DNA of 49,999 nt from Eremomyces bilateralis CBS 781.70 (taxonomy: Eukaryota): assembly GCA_010015585.1 (NCBI GenBank), contig ML975150.1; one strand, written 5' to 3'. Every line of letters starts with the position of its first letter. Positions within the stretch are counted from its first letter, which is position 1. Under the pieces are notes generated by a model. The model did no database searches and was not told the DNA's origin. It saw only the letters and a list, made by a program, of their open reading frames with translations. Position numbers and translations under genes: made by a program. Shown here one piece after another: positions 14,647 through 27,595 of this stretch.

Positions 14647-15653
14647 ATGCCTGGGACGATTGATGGCAACCCGGCAAGTCTGCCATTCTCCGTCACTGGA
14701 AAATCTGCCATAGTAACGGGAGCTGGATCTGGTGCGTCTTTTAAAAGTCACGAAACCATCACGATGGAAACTCGCTAATGGTAGCAGGTATCAACTACTG
14801 GTTCGCAAAGCTGTTGTTACAGAGAGGTTGCAATGTCCTCATTGCAGATATTGCCCTCCTCCCTGAGGCGAAAGTACTCCTGGAACAATACACTTCTCAG
14901 CCTCGTGCCATTTTTCACAATACCGACGTTACCAGCTGGCCTGACCTGGACTCCATGTTTGACGCTGGAGTTACTGCATTCGGAAATATTGATCTGGTGT
15001 GTCCCGGCGCGGGAATCTACGAACCCCACTGGAGCAACTTCTGGCATCCTCCTGGTACCTCTGTGAGCAAGGATGCGGTGGACGGCGGGCGATATAGCAT
15101 TCTGGATATCAACGTGACGCACCCAACCCGTGTGACGCAGATGGCGATATCGCATTTCCTCAATCCTCCCCCTGGTATCGAGAAAGTCAGCCCTGCCAAC
15201 CCGAAACGGATCGTGCATATATCCTCTGTTGCAGGCCACGTTTCAGGCCTGGCTAACCCCATGTACATCGCTTCCAAACATGCGATGCATGGCCTCGTTC
15301 GAAGCCTTGCCATGTTGGAGACGATCGGCATACGCGTTAACGCGGTTGCGCCGGGACTGGTGAAAACCCCGCTGTGGACCGATCACCCGGAGAAGATGAA
15401 GTTGGTAAATGAGGATAAGGACCAGTTCTGTACTCCGGAACAGATTGCGGACAGCATGTTGAGGTTATGTGAGAAGGAGGACATGGTTGGAGGTATCATC
15501 CTCGAGGTGTTGCCACAAGAGCGGATCGTGCAGGAATACAACGACCCTGGCCCAAACCCCGAGCATCTTTCCCTTAGCAACGGGAGAAAAGGAGTGGAAG
15601 ACGTGTTCGGTTGGTTGGGGAAAGCTGGCTGGGGGGTTAAAGGGAATGTATGA
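14647..15653 (+). CDS. Short-chain dehydrogenase/reductase (15-hydroxyprostaglandin dehydrogenase-like), ~316 aa
   Basis: Exons 14647-14731 and 14788-15653. Splicing restores TGAGSGI; SS motif, YIASK catalytic motif and GIRVNAVAPG present. Confidence 0.9.
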
Positions 15654-15745
15654 AAAGATGGCGATATCGGACTGTGCCAGAGGAAGCGTACCTGTGATAC
15701 TTTGATGTCTTTGAGTCTCGGCCCATATAGGTGACAATCATGTAG

Positions 15746-16541
15746 TTACGCTTTTTCATCCTTTTGGAAACATAGAGTGACAACTTGTTGACCACTTCTT
15801 CCTCCGAACGTATAAGTCGGATATTTGATGCGATCCCTTAAAACCAGATTGCTCTCGTCAGAGATGAGCCACGAAATGACCTCATCTTCCGTCCAGTTGC
15901 AGCTTGTAATAATGAGAAGACCTCCCGGTCTCACCAATCGCTGGAGCCGGTCACCGTAGCCTTCACATAACCGGCGACCTTGTTCATCTAGCTCGCTAGA
16001 AAGACTGATAGCATCGAACGTCCCTTTATCAAGGGCAACATCAAGTCCATCTTCAGGGGGAAACCAATCCCCAGGAGGGTCTTTCATGATATCCCACTTT
16101 CGGAATTGAAGTGCAAGTCGGTCGGGAGGGACGTTGTCGTCGATTACAATACCCCTCGTTTTGGAATCAACAATCTGAATTGCCAAATCTATGCTCTGCT
16201 GGCTGTAGTCCACACCAACCAGACTTCCTTCCCAGCCTTCTTCACGGAGACTAAAGAGCATATGGCCATTTCCGGTGCCAATATCAACGAATGATGCCGT
16301 ACTTTTCGAAAGCACTCCCTCATCGGACAATGACTCCAGAAAATCGAGTACTCGCTCCTCAGCTGCAGCATCCGAGAACCACACTGTTCCTTCATCCGAA
16401 GGTTCGGCCTGATGGTTTACAATCTCGTTCGCATATGCTTGCTCCCAGCTGCTCACCGTTAGTATGCGGAAATCATTCGGTGTTCACTTCTTACTATTCT
16501 TTTGTGCCGAGTTGGCTCGCAGGAAGATGCTCCGGGGCCAT
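15746..16541 (-). CDS. EFM4: Protein-lysine N-methyltransferase EFM4/See1 (eEF1A), ~249 aa
   Basis: Exons 16541-16495 and 16448-15746. Spliced N-terminus MAPEHLPASQLGTKEYWEQAY; motifs DEGTVWF, DIGTGNG, GVDYS, LDKGTFDAISL, ITSCNWTEDE, YPTYTFGG. Confidence 0.92.
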
Positions 16542-16596
16542 CTTGATCTGGAGATTACGGAGATACCGTAGTACATGAAGCCTGTGTGAGCATCAG

Positions 16597-16721
16597 ACGC
16601 GAAAATGCGAATTATTTCTCTCCTCTCAGTCCGGTCAGGTGATTGTGTGAAGTCGCGAGGTCCCGTGACCACGCGTTTTGAATCACGCGAACGCGCTGCC
16701 AATTATCAATGAACATCGCGT
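16597..16721. promoter_or_regulatory. Cluster of MCB/SCB-like CGCG elements in the divergent EFM4 / pol eta promoter
   Basis: ACGCGAAA 16597, TCGCGA 16653, ACGCGT 16671, ACGCGAA 16685, ACGCGC 16691, TCGCGT 16716. Confidence 0.6.
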
Positions 16722-16838
16722 GCGCAACCAACAGAAGATGGAACCTATATTCATGCATTCAATGGCAACAATAGCGTAACTGAATTATTGATCATCTGTT
16801 GCAGCAGGAATAACAATGGTCATGGACTTCAGTCCGAT

Positions 16839-18869
16839 ATGTCCTCCTCGCAACCATTCGTCTCCTCCCTTCCGACCTGTCCAAACTCGCGCTTCACCTT
16901 CCGACACCTCCAACAACTGTCTCAGTATAGTACTACCACACCACTTCGCGTCATAGCCCTCGTGGATCTCGATGCCTTTTATGCCCAATGCGAGATTGTC
17001 CGCCTTGGCCTTCCTCCGACCACCCCACTGGGAGTACAGCAGTGGCAAGCTCTGATCGCAATCAACTACCCCGCAAGAGAATTTGGCCTCAGTCGGCACG
17101 TAACACCTCAGGAGGCACGAGAGAAGTGCCCGGAGGTCGTGCTACCACACGTGCCAACATGGAAAGAAGGGGACGATCGGTGGCGGTACCGCGAGGACGA
17201 TGACCGGGATATTGCGACGCATAAGGTATCGCTGGACCCATATCGCTTGGAAAGTCGCAAGATTGTTCAAGTCATCAAGGAGACATTGCCCAGCCACCTC
17301 CAACGTGTTGAAAAAGCCAGCATCGATGAAGTTTTCCTGGATCTGTCGGCGCATATCCACTCGATACTGCTGGAACGCTTTCCAGAGCTCCAAGGACCTC
17401 CCGACGATCCGGCGGAGCTGTTACCCGAACCACCTACCAGCGCGATCGATTGGGATGCGGATAAGCTTATCAACCTGGATGATGACGAAGAGCAAGATCA
17501 CGATTGGGATGATATCGCTATGGCGATTGGAGCGGAAATCGTGCGAGGTTTAAGGGATGCCGTGCGGACACAGTTGAAATACACTTGCTCAGGAGGAATT
17601 GCACGCAACAAGATGCTTGCAAAGCTTGGAGCGGGGCACAAGAAACCGAATTCACAAACAGTGATACGGAATCGCGCTATATCCCAATTCCTTTCCCCCC
17701 TGAAATTTACCAAGATCCGGAATCTGGGTGGCAAGTTAGGTGACCAGCTTGTTTCCCACTTTCATACCGACTCTATCACCGAACTCCTTTCTACTTCTCT
17801 TGGTGGTTTGAAGCGTCGTTTGGATGACGATACCGCCGCTTGGGTCTATTCAACACTCCGAGGCATCGACCATAGTGAGGTGAATCCCCGAACTCGAATC
17901 AAATCCATGCTCTCTGCGAAATCATTCCAACCCACGATCAATTCCTGGGATGCTGCCGTCAAATGGCTAAGGATCTTCGCAGCGGATATCTTCCTTCGAT
18001 GCATGGAAGAGGGAGTTTTGGAGAACCGAAGGCGACCAAAGACCCTGGCGTTGCATTTCCGGCAGGGAAACACAACACGAAGTCGTCAGGCACCCATTTC
18101 TAGCGCGAAAAAAGCCATGACTGAAGATGGCCTATTGAACGCAGGGAAGGGACTGCTAGCCCAAGTCGTGTCCGAGGGAAGGGCCTGGCCATGTCGACAT
18201 CTTAGTCTATCGGTTGGAGGTTTTGAAGACTGCGTCGAAGAAAACAAGGGGATTGGGAACTTTTTGCTGAGAGGTGAGGAGGCGAGGATGATGAATGAAG
18301 AGGTGCTTCAGAGGGATAAGAGATGGGAAGAGGAGGGTGACGAAGGGTATAACGTTACAGCGATTGCTAGTGTAGGAACGAAATCAGCGAAGAGAAAAAG
18401 ACCCCATGGCGATACAGGCGCGCTACATAAATTCCTCCGACCAACATCAGAACTGTTTCGTCCTGATCTGGGTAGTCGGTCTCATGCAGTTCATACCAAC
18501 ATGTCTGCCTCGATCGAAATGAGCGGCTCGCACCCGAAGACATCGGCATTACCCCCTAGTATTGGTTCCAGGGCAGAGAATTCCGGCTCGCCCTGTCCCC
18601 GCTGCAGCACGGCGATTTCGCCTTCGTCCAAAGATGAACACGCCGATTGGCATTTTGCCTCCGATCTTTCCACCCAACTGGCTGCTGAGTCCCCGACCAG
18701 AAATCGACCTCCAGACATAATATCTGAGAGAAGTCGGAGGGGGGTTAATACCCAGGATGGAAATGCCAGTGGGAAGGGAAATGGTAGAGCCAGGGGTAGA
18801 CCGAAGAAGAACGAAGTTGGAATGGCAAAGGGGCAAATGAGATTGACCTTTGGGAACGGTCAGAACTAG
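16839..18869 (+). CDS. RAD30: Y-family DNA polymerase eta
   Basis: Single exon from ATG 16839. Motifs IALVDLDAFYAQCE, IAINYPAR, EKASIDEVFLD, SGGIARNKMLAKL, LGGKLG; C-terminal UBZ-type CPRC..EHADWHFA and a PIP-like QMRLTF. Confidence 0.93.
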   Translation: MSSSQPFVSSLPTCPNSRFTFRHLQQLSQYSTTTPLRVIALVDLDAFYAQCEIVRLGLPPTTPLGVQQWQALIAINYPAREFGLSRHVTPQEAREKCPEVVLPHVPTWKEGDDRWRYREDDDRDIATHKVSLDPYRLESRKIVQVIKETLPSHLQRVEKASIDEVFLDLSAHIHSILLERFPELQGPPDDPAELLPEPPTSAIDWDADKLINLDDDEEQDHDWDDIAMAIGAEIVRGLRDAVRTQLKYTCSGGIARNKMLAKLGAGHKKPNSQTVIRNRAISQFLSPLKFTKIRNLGGKLGDQLVSHFHTDSITELLSTSLGGLKRRLDDDTAAWVYSTLRGIDHSEVNPRTRIKSMLSAKSFQPTINSWDAAVKWLRIFAADIFLRCMEEGVLENRRRPKTLALHFRQGNTTRSRQAPISSAKKAMTEDGLLNAGKGLLAQVVSEGRAWPCRHLSLSVGGFEDCVEENKGIGNFLLRGEEARMMNEEVLQRDKRWEEEGDEGYNVTAIASVGTKSAKRKRPHGDTGALHKFLRPTSELFRPDLGSRSHAVHTNMSASIEMSGSHPKTSALPPSIGSRAENSGSPCPRCSTAISPSSKDEHADWHFASDLSTQLAAESPTRNRPPDIISERSRRGVNTQDGNASGKGNGRARGRPKKNEVGMAKGQMRLTFGNGQN

Positions 18870-19192
18870 ACACTTTCTATCATGTAAGGAACCGTTGTAC
18901 AATTCAAACCCGAAAAACGAGATCTTGCCAGCACGAAAGATGAACGGAACACCTCCAGGCATACTAATCAACATGGTCTTCCATTTCGCTTTCCTGAGTA
19001 TATCGCATTGCCTATGAATCCATTATCCATTTAGAACCTGTCAAGTTGCGAGATGACTGCGAAATAGCTTCAATCGGTACCGACGGCAATGGTCGTCCAT
19101 GGCGGTGGTTCCCTATAAAGGGAGGATAGAAACTGCACCACCGCAGTCTAGCACCTCCATCATTCCATCAGGGTCGTTTATTCGTCCGCGTC

Positions 19193-20981
19193 CTATTCTT
19201 CCATTTGCCCAAACATGCCTTCATCATCGCTCATGGCCCGTTCGTCCACGATTCGACTAGTCCCGTTCCATTCATCGTCGTCCTCCATCTCCATCTTCAT
19301 GACTTCATGGTCTCCCATCTCGACGTCTCGATCAGCATCCAGTCTCAACTTTCGTGCCGGAGCGCCAGTGCTCACAGCTCCAACGGGGAATACTTTCTGC
19401 TCGATCGGACTGACTGGTGGACGACGCGGCGCGGATTGGCTATTGGTGAAGTGCGAAAAGGAATTCGAGATAGATCCGGCATACTGGCTAGTTCCTGGCC
19501 CCGAACCGGAAAGATATTGAGCTGGGAGTGGAGGGACTGGCGGTACGTCTGGGGGCAACATGACCGGGCCAGTTTTTGGAGTACCGTAGCTACAACTCAA
19601 CAAACCAACCGCGGCGGCTAGATCGGCCGACGTTGAATCATCATCTTCTTTCTCCTCGTCGATGCCACTAACCACATTTCCACTCGACCCACCCCCGGAA
19701 ATGCTATCCATTCCGCGAGAGATGGCGCCAACGGTATGGGATGAGGAGGCAGTCGGGTTCGTGGTAGCAGATGACGTACTCCATTGACGGTAGTGGGACA
19801 TATAAGGTCGACCTTGAGGAGCGGACTCGGAAAAGCCGGGAGACGTTACGGCGGTGGCAGCGGTGGACGTGGAATTATATGAAGCGGACAGAGCTGACGA
19901 TGCATTGGAGGCGCTGCTAAATCGGTGCGTACGATCCAAATGAGATGGCGGAGCTTTGCGTCCATGTAATTCCCGACCGCCCGGCGGGGGTGTGGTTTCG
20001 GGAGAGGAAAGGGACATGGTGGAAAGGGCAGGATCCGGGTCTGGCGATGAGGTCGGATCGGATGATGCGGCTGGAGAGTCCGATGAATGGGATGATTCCG
20101 GACCGTCTTGATTCATGTTGACCAGTACCGAGGCGGCCTCGAGGAGTTGTACCTGCTGATGTTTCGAGATCAACAGCTTTGATGTATAAGACCATTCGGG
20201 AGTATGTTCCCATCTGCATGGAACCGTTAACTTTCGGCCTTCCCCGCTATGCGAATGAATAGGAAGCGCTCCGAAACAGAACATAGTACATGAAATTCGC
20301 GAAACAATAACTTGGTGTCAATCACATCCCCTGAATCAAGGGGATGTCCAGCGTGGGAGAAACTTGGAAAAGGGCTACCCACAAGTGCTTGGTGAGACAG
20401 CTACTATGCTTATACCCCTTTCCACAGGTTTCGCAACGCAATTCTACCGCGCTCCTTCGTCCTTCTCCTTTGCTCAACCTTGAGCCTTCGCTCGCTCTCC
20501 GTATGCGTGGCTTGCTAGCCGCCTTGTTCGCTTCGGGCATTGATGCCAGGTTCGGGCCATCAATCACAGCACTGCCGGTATGACCGTTGAGGACTGAAGT
20601 TGCGTTCTTCATTCCAGCCATTCCCTGAGCGAACACGGCGGAATGATTCGGCATGCTGCTGGGAAGTGCGAGATAACTCGACGATGTCCCTCGACTGGAC
20701 CTTGTTGTTGATTTCCGGCCAGAATCGCTACCAGGATCGGTGGGCGTGGACGAAGAACCCGATATCTCACGCGCAGCCGCAGCCATGGCAGCAGCATTGT
20801 TCGCAGCGGTCGACGACATACTCTTCCGTCGCGTCACTCGATGAAGTGGATTGATGCTCCCGACCGACAAGGAGTGCGAATGCGTACGGGGAGCGCGTGA
20901 TGTGTTCATGGCGTTCGAGATTGCGCTGGTCGAAAGTCGAGAATGGTGGGCATGATGTGCGCTCGTCGGACGAGGGTTCAT
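19193..20981 (-). CDS. C2H2 zinc-finger protein, ~539 aa (start codon uncertain)
   Basis: Exons 20981-20383 and 20213-19193 (intron GTGGGT..CAG). Splicing completes CETCGKGYKHSSCLTKHLWEHTPEW followed by SKHQQVQLLEAASVLV; C-terminal AAAVGLLSCSYGTP and DEGMFGQMEE. Confidence 0.82.
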
Positions 20982-22122
20982 GTCCTGTAGAAACGGGTAA
21001 GCGGCGATTCATCGGCATGAACCATCTCGGACTCATTTGAAGTTTAGGAGGTCGTAGAGTGGAGGGAATTTGGAGAGTTGGAGACGTTGGAGGACACATT
21101 GGTTGATACGGGGAAAGGGCTACAGTAGCTGTTGGACCTGAACCAAAGATCGATTCCGAGACCATCATCAAGGTCGGGTCTATTTACCTTTGCTGCGGTC
21201 ATTGTGAAACGATTTCAAACGACCCTCAAGTCCTCCTCGCCGCGATGGTACAGCTCGGACTTGAGAGTCGATCAGGGTTCGAGGAAACCAAATTGGGCGG
21301 GAAGATCGGGAGTAAGACAGAAGAGAGAGAGCTTGTGAGGGAAATGAGCGACGGCGGGGAAGCGTGGCAAGGTATGGGACACGACTAATACCGAGTTGAC
21401 AAGCGTCGGTAAGAAAGAGGGTCGATCCCGTTCAAAAGCGGTTCAAAAGCGGTTCGAGGCCATCAATTGAAACGATTGACGTGGGATGGAAACTGGAAAG
21501 GCAGATAACGAAGCGGGAAGAACCGAAAGAAAGAAACGTTATTGGGAAAGATGAACGAAAAGGCTGAAGTTGGAGAATGGGTGGGAAAGGGAGAGAATGG
21601 ACAGCCTCAGGAAAAAAATATTTGGGAAGCGGAGAAAGAAAGGATTGGGATTCCAGGGAAGGCTGTAAGGTGGTGGCCTGTAACGAGTGAGGAGAGAAAG
21701 GGTAAGACCAAGCCACGAATCCGACTGACGACGGGGGAGGGGGGGCCTGCGTTCTTGACTTTGCCCTGTTGAGCGATGGCGAATTATTATTGGGAGGTGG
21801 AGAGGGGGGGAGGGGGGTGGGTAGAGGGAGGTACCTGTAATGGGGGAGAAAGAGGAGGGTGGATAGGGAGATACACGTAGCGAGAGCGTATAGAAGAGGA
21901 GAGTCTCGGACAGAGGAGGGCTATTATGGAGGGTGGAATGCCGAACAAGACAATCAATAAGGAATTATGGTCCGGAATATTACATATGTATCACAAGGAG
22001 ATGTCAGGTATCTCCAGTTCAATCCATGAGCTCAAGTCTCCCACAGCCACAGTGGGTATCGATAATTATTATCTATGCGCGTGCAGCTCTCATTACAAAT
22101 CTCGGGAAAATCCCGTGGTATA

Positions 22123-22200
22123 TCTCAATTCTCAATTCTCAATTCTCAATTCTCAATTCTCAATTCTCAGTTCTCAGTTCATTGAGTTCATTGAGTTCAT
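22123..22200. repeat. 7-bp microsatellite (TCTCAAT)n, ~8 copies, followed by (GTTCATTGA) x2-3
   Basis: tctcaattctcaattctcaattctcaattctcaattctcaattctcagttctcagttcattgagttcattgagttcat. Confidence 0.92.
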
Positions 22201-22580
22201 CTTGGTAAGTACTATTAATTAATAATTCTTATTTCCATTCAATTCACCACGATTCTACTACGTACTTGCACGTTCATCCTTAAGGGCTCCACCCCTCCAC
22301 TCCTCCAGATCCTAGTGTGCCAGCCGATTACGCACAGAAGCCGATCCGGTGATGTACAGGCAACCTGGTCAGGTGGCTTGATGGTTTCCAGTGTTCCAGC
22401 GGCTATCAGCGATTGAGCGATGTCGACATGTCGTAGCACAGATTGTCATGCGGAGAGTCCGCTCGACTCTGGTTCTAATCTAGTCACCCCCGCTTTAAAA
22501 GAGCTTGTAAAACAGGCGGAACGTGGGGACAGTAGAGGCCGAGAGGTACAGGCGCACAGCACCCAGGCGTCGGAAGTTTG

Positions 22581-22620
22581 AAGTCCACAGTCAGAAGTCC
22601 ACAGCCTGAAGTCCACAGCC
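22581..22620. repeat. 14-bp tandem repeat GAAGTCCACAGNNN x3
   Basis: gaagtccacagtca gaagtccacagcct gaagtccacagcc. Confidence 0.8.
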
Positions 22621-24113
22621 AAAAGACGAAAGTTAAAGCTCTGCCTCCCTCTCTCAGCACTCTCAGCCGGATGAGGATTGAGAAGGCAACACGATGCTGC
22701 ATCGCTGGTGGTCAACTGACGAAGATTATCCCCAGTTTCCCGCCATCTCATGAGCCACTCCTCTAGTCACGGTGTCATTTGTCAACCATCAGGCGTACTT
22801 GCGCTGATCAGGAACACGGAACACCATGAGATGGTGGTGTGCACACTCCACTCCATGTCGACAGCGACTGGTCCAGGGGCTTGGAAAGTTGAATGTCGCC
22901 CCAATGCTGGTCATTATTCATCAACCACCACTCACCACTCTCCACTCACCAGCCTCTTTGTCCAGTTCCCACATCGGACAAAATCCATCCGGTCCCTTGC
23001 GCAATTTCGACTTATTATTGCAAGGGTCTGGTGACTGCCCACTGCCCAGTGCCCGCTGCCGGGCGAGACAGGACCTGGATCCTCGTGAGACATGATCTTG
23101 GCAGTTGGCACTTCGTTGTCCTCGTCGTCAGTTCACGACATTTTAGACGATGGCCGAACAGCTGTGGGGTGTTCTTTTTGACATTTGGTTGTTATGGATT
23201 CCAAGTTCCAAATCGCACAGGTATTTGACCAAAGACCGCCATGAACAATCTATCCTGCACTTAATCTACCTCCTACGGTCCATCTCCCCTTGCGAAATAG
23301 TCCACACAATATCGAACCCCATCGATTTCCGATTCCATGGTCTGCCTCCTTTGTGACAATACTTGACAAGCAAGCTCATCACCCCTAAACCAGAAGCTAT
23401 AGCGGAGCATTGTGACCGTCTAAATTCAATCTATATATGAATATATCCGGGATCATCTTAGTTCATCTCATACGGCCTCGAAATCGATCGGTTTACTTGG
23501 TCGAGCTATGGACCTCGCGTTTGAGCTTGCTCGATAATGATTTGAGAGCAGGCGGTATTGGATTCACTCAGTGGAAATTGAAGCTATGCCAAAGGGTGAA
23601 GAGCACACGCGCTGGTTTTCGAGGCTTTCTCCAGTCATCCTCCATGACATTCCATGATTGGACTCACACCCACGTCAGGACCGATGAGCACGGCATTCGT
23701 GACCAGACCGGTAGACATCGTCTCGACACGATCGAGGAAGGCATGCGCAGAAGGCGAACTTTCCATATCCAGGATCGGTTGTCGACTTTAATCTGCCATT
23801 TGTCTCATCCAAATCCACTGGGAATAACTGTGGATGAATGATAGCGACCTGGCGATGACGAGATCAGAGACGATTGACTGCTAGAAACTATCAACACTAG
23901 TCCCGATTCGGGTTCTCCCGTAATATTCCTGGTGGGTCTTGCGATGTCGGGGCTCAAGCCGGAGAATAGCCGGTTCAAATATGTTGGTTGTGGGGGAGGG
24001 GAAATTTTCGTACAGCTACAGCTTGAATCATCACTCCCCACTGACTGATACTCGTTTCCATCAGTCTCATTCTCGTTAAACCTTTCACGACTCACATTTG
24101 TTCGAACTTCAAT

Positions 24114-25639
24114 ATGGCTTCGGTAAGTGGTCCGAACCGAAACCTGCTTTCATCCGTGCTGACTGGCTTAGAACTCTTATTCCGTCCTCCTCCTCGGAGC
24201 GGGATTGTAGGTAGAATCCCTCCATGCAACCGTCATTAGCTAATGACTACAGTGTCGCCCGTCCCACGGCTCAAATCCTTAGCGATTCCGGTGTCAAAGT
24301 CACCGTTGCTTGCAGGACTCTCGAGTCGGCAAAGAGCCTCTCGTCTGGCCTTGCGAATTGCACCCCCATCTCTCTCGACGTTGATGACACGGCAGCTTTG
24401 GATGGAGAGGTTTCCAAGGTCGATCTGGCCATCTCTTTAATCCCCTACATTCATCACACCAAGGTCATCAAGAGTGCCATCCGACACAAAAAGCATGTCG
24501 TGACCACATCCTACGTCTCTCCTGCTATGGCGGCCTTGGATCAGGAGGCTAAAGATGCGGGTATTTCCGTTTTCAATGAGATTGGAATGGATCCGGGCAT
24601 TGATCAGTACGTCATTCTCGAGCATGAATCCGTGAATCCGTGAATCCCTGCGACTAAATGTCATAGTCTTTACGCCATCAAGACCATTGCCGAAGTTCAC
24701 GAAGCCAAGGGCAAGCTTGTTTCGTTCCTCTCGTACTGCGGCGGGCTTCCCGCTCCGGAGAATTCGGACAATCCTCTTGGCTACAAATTTTCCTGGTCAG
24801 CACGCGGAGTCCTTCTGGCTCTGCGACGTACCGCTCGATATTGGAAGGATGACAAGGAGATTGACCTGCGTCCCGAGGAGCTGATGGCTTCGGCAAGACC
24901 ATACCGGACCTTCCCTGGTTTCGCATTTGTTGCCTATCCGAACGGCGATAGCGTCCCGTACAAACAGCGATACAACATTCCCGAATGCCGTACCATCATC
25001 CGAGGATCTCTTCGATACGACGGATTCCCCGAGTTGGCGAAGGTGTTTGGTGATATCGGATTCCTCTCGGAGGAACAGAAAGATTATCTCGATCCCAACT
25101 CCTCATCCCCTCCAACTTGGGCCGAGGTCACATCCAAGGTCATTGGATCCTCAAGCTCCAAGGAAGAGGATCTCGTTCGGGCTATCTCCTCGAAAATTTC
25201 TTTCCGCGATAACGATGAGAAAGAACGCATCCTCGATGGACTGCGGTGGATTGGAATGCTGTCGTCTACTGAGAAGGCTACGGCTTCTGGTACGCCGTTG
25301 GACACGTTGTGCGCGTCTCTGGCGGCAAAGATGGGCTATGCTGAAGGAGAGCGGGATCTGGTGTTTTTGCAGCACACCTTCGGTATCGAATGGGCAGATG
25401 GCAAGAAGGAGACGAGGACCAGCACTCTTGTGGAGTTCGGTGACCCGAAAGGTTACACTGCCATGACCAAGTTGGTCGGTGTCCCATGTGCCATCGCCGT
25501 GTTGAAGGTGTTGGATGGAACCATTACTAGGAAAGGTATCTTCGCTCCAATGGACATGGAGATTGCGGGACCTGTTATGGCCGAGTTGGAGAGCAAGTAC
25601 GGTATCACTATGAAGGAGAAGACCTTGTCCTTGCAATAG
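24114..25639 (+). CDS. LYS9: Saccharopine dehydrogenase (NADP+, L-glutamate-forming; saccharopine reductase), ~456 aa
   Basis: Exons 24114-24122, 24172-24206, 24253-24606, 24667-25639. Spliced motifs LLLGAGFVARP, VVTTSYVSPAM, NEIGMDPGIDHLYAIK, SYCGGLPAPE, YKFSWSARGVLLA, AMTKLVGVPC. Confidence 0.93.
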
Positions 25640-26088
25640 ATGATCTGGCGATGTAGTTCATCGACTCGGTACAAAGTCAAGCATAAAAGTGCAACGGGAT
25701 CCATGAACCGCTTCTGGCATGGGTAGGTTATCATGAATAGAATAAACGACTTTTCGAAGGCGTCACGTACACCGTCCTCTTCATTGTGACGATCTAGTTT
25801 GGCTAGTGATTTGTATGCATCTCCCAATCGTAATCATTCGGTGACATTATCTTCCGGTAGTGAAACTAACACATTTGCTGGCGAAAGAACGAACACTTCA
25901 GTTGCATCGCTATCGTGTGTTGCAGAGGCTATCATTTCTACTGTGCATTCGCTTCGGAAGCAATTTCATTCCTGGTTTTGAACTTGGACCCATTCTTATT
26001 CCCCTCTGATATCGGAAGTGTACTTGTGACAGGGAATTTAGATTAACATTCTCGACAAAAGTCTTCTAACCTCCAATTCATAAGAAGG

Positions 26089-27144
26089 ATGTTACCATCG
26101 CTTCTACATCTCTCTCCAATTCGTCCGGAAGAGCCAGAGTCTGCCGAAGATATTTTCAATGCTGGGCTTTCCCTCTTCCCTGGTGATGTCACCGTTTCCC
26201 ATGGGGATGCCGATATGGCGGTCATATATCGAGGCACGAGCCAGGTTGCCAGGGAGAGAGGTGACCTGAAATTTGAACTCGCAAGAGTAGAGCAAGAGCA
26301 TGAAAGGATCAAGTTCGCACATTATTTATGGAATTCTAGCGTGCTCATTGCAGAGCTCATCGGCAGTATTCCTGACTACAGATCGGAGCCACATCAGTGG
26401 GGTCTGGGAAGATGGTGGATCAGCGGAGATGATGCGGATAGATGGGATGTAAAAGGGAAGACGGTTCTAGAATTGGGAGCAGGTATGTTTTGAGTTCTAT
26501 TGAAAAGTTTGGTCGACTGATTGGGATACAGGAGCAGGACTTGCTGGTATCGTTGGTGTTCTGGCTGGAGCAGATACGGTATTGTCCCCGGTCCATTGCC
26601 CCCAACTAGTTCATTAACTGCTCTGAATGGAGAACGAGACTAAAGGAGTCAGGTCACGATCTCCGATTATCCATCGGATACCCTCTTAAAAAACATTCAA
26701 GCCAACGTTGAGAGGAATATCCCACCATCCCTCCAGAGTCGTGTCTCGGTACAGCCACATCTCTGGGGTGATTTTACAACTCCATTTGCTGAACGATCTC
26801 GAGGGTTTGACCGTATCATCGCAGCCGATTGTCTTTGGATTCATGCGTCGCATAAAGCACTAGCTGAGTCCATGGCATACTTCCTATCTGACCATCCGAG
26901 CGCCAGTGTATGTGTTGTTGCTGGCTTCCACACTGGTAGAAAGATCGTGGCCTCCTTCTTCGACCTTGGAAGTTCGAGTATTCTGAGACCAGTCGGCTTG
27001 GATATCGATGAGATATATGAACTTGATGTTGATGGCAATCGGCGGCATTGGGATCCTGAACGAGAGGAGGACATCACAGAGAGGAAGAGATGGCTCGTCT
27101 TAGCAAGGCTGAGGCGATTTCGCATTCAAGAAGCAGACCTATGA
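26089..27144 (+). CDS. EFM7: Protein N-terminal/lysine methyltransferase EFM7/NNT1-like (family 16), ~310 aa
   Basis: Exons 26089-26482, 26532-26578, 26653-27144. Motifs FAHYLWNSS, VLELGAGAGL, VTISDYP, HLWG, IIAADCLW, VAGFHTGR. Confidence 0.82.
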
Positions 27145-27595
27145 AGGCAATATGACACGGCTCGTTCGGACTGCGGAAGTATACCCGCTTCCCAAAACAT
27201 GTTGAAACAAGGACAGATGAATGGACAGCGCTTCACTGGCGACCAAAACTTCAACCACCAGATTGCCGACTTTGCAAACTCGCTGACACGAAACGAGAAA
27301 CCAGGACTCTGATAGGTATCCCCAGGAATTTATATAGTATTACAAGTGAAAAACGTGGCCTACGAGATAAAGGTCGTGGAAATGGCCAGTATGGTTACAT
27401 ATGGAGAGTTGGATAGAGACATTCCACGGATCACATACAATGAATCGGTGGAATTGCTTCACCGGTATTCATCGACGAAGATCTCATAGATTCATACGAT
27501 GGAATCCTTCATGTGCATTAGAGATATGAAACAATTCATACATGATGAAGGCTCTGCTGCCAGATGGAAACATGCGTGGAGGTGGGAGTGGTCTC

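Noticed and set aside
21926..22222. ORFs with LNSQFSI repeats
   Set aside because: Translation of the (TCTCAAT)n microsatellite.
23860..24113. Gcn4/CpcA site upstream of LYS9
   Set aside because: Only near-matches (TGACTG, CGACTCA); no TGACTCA.
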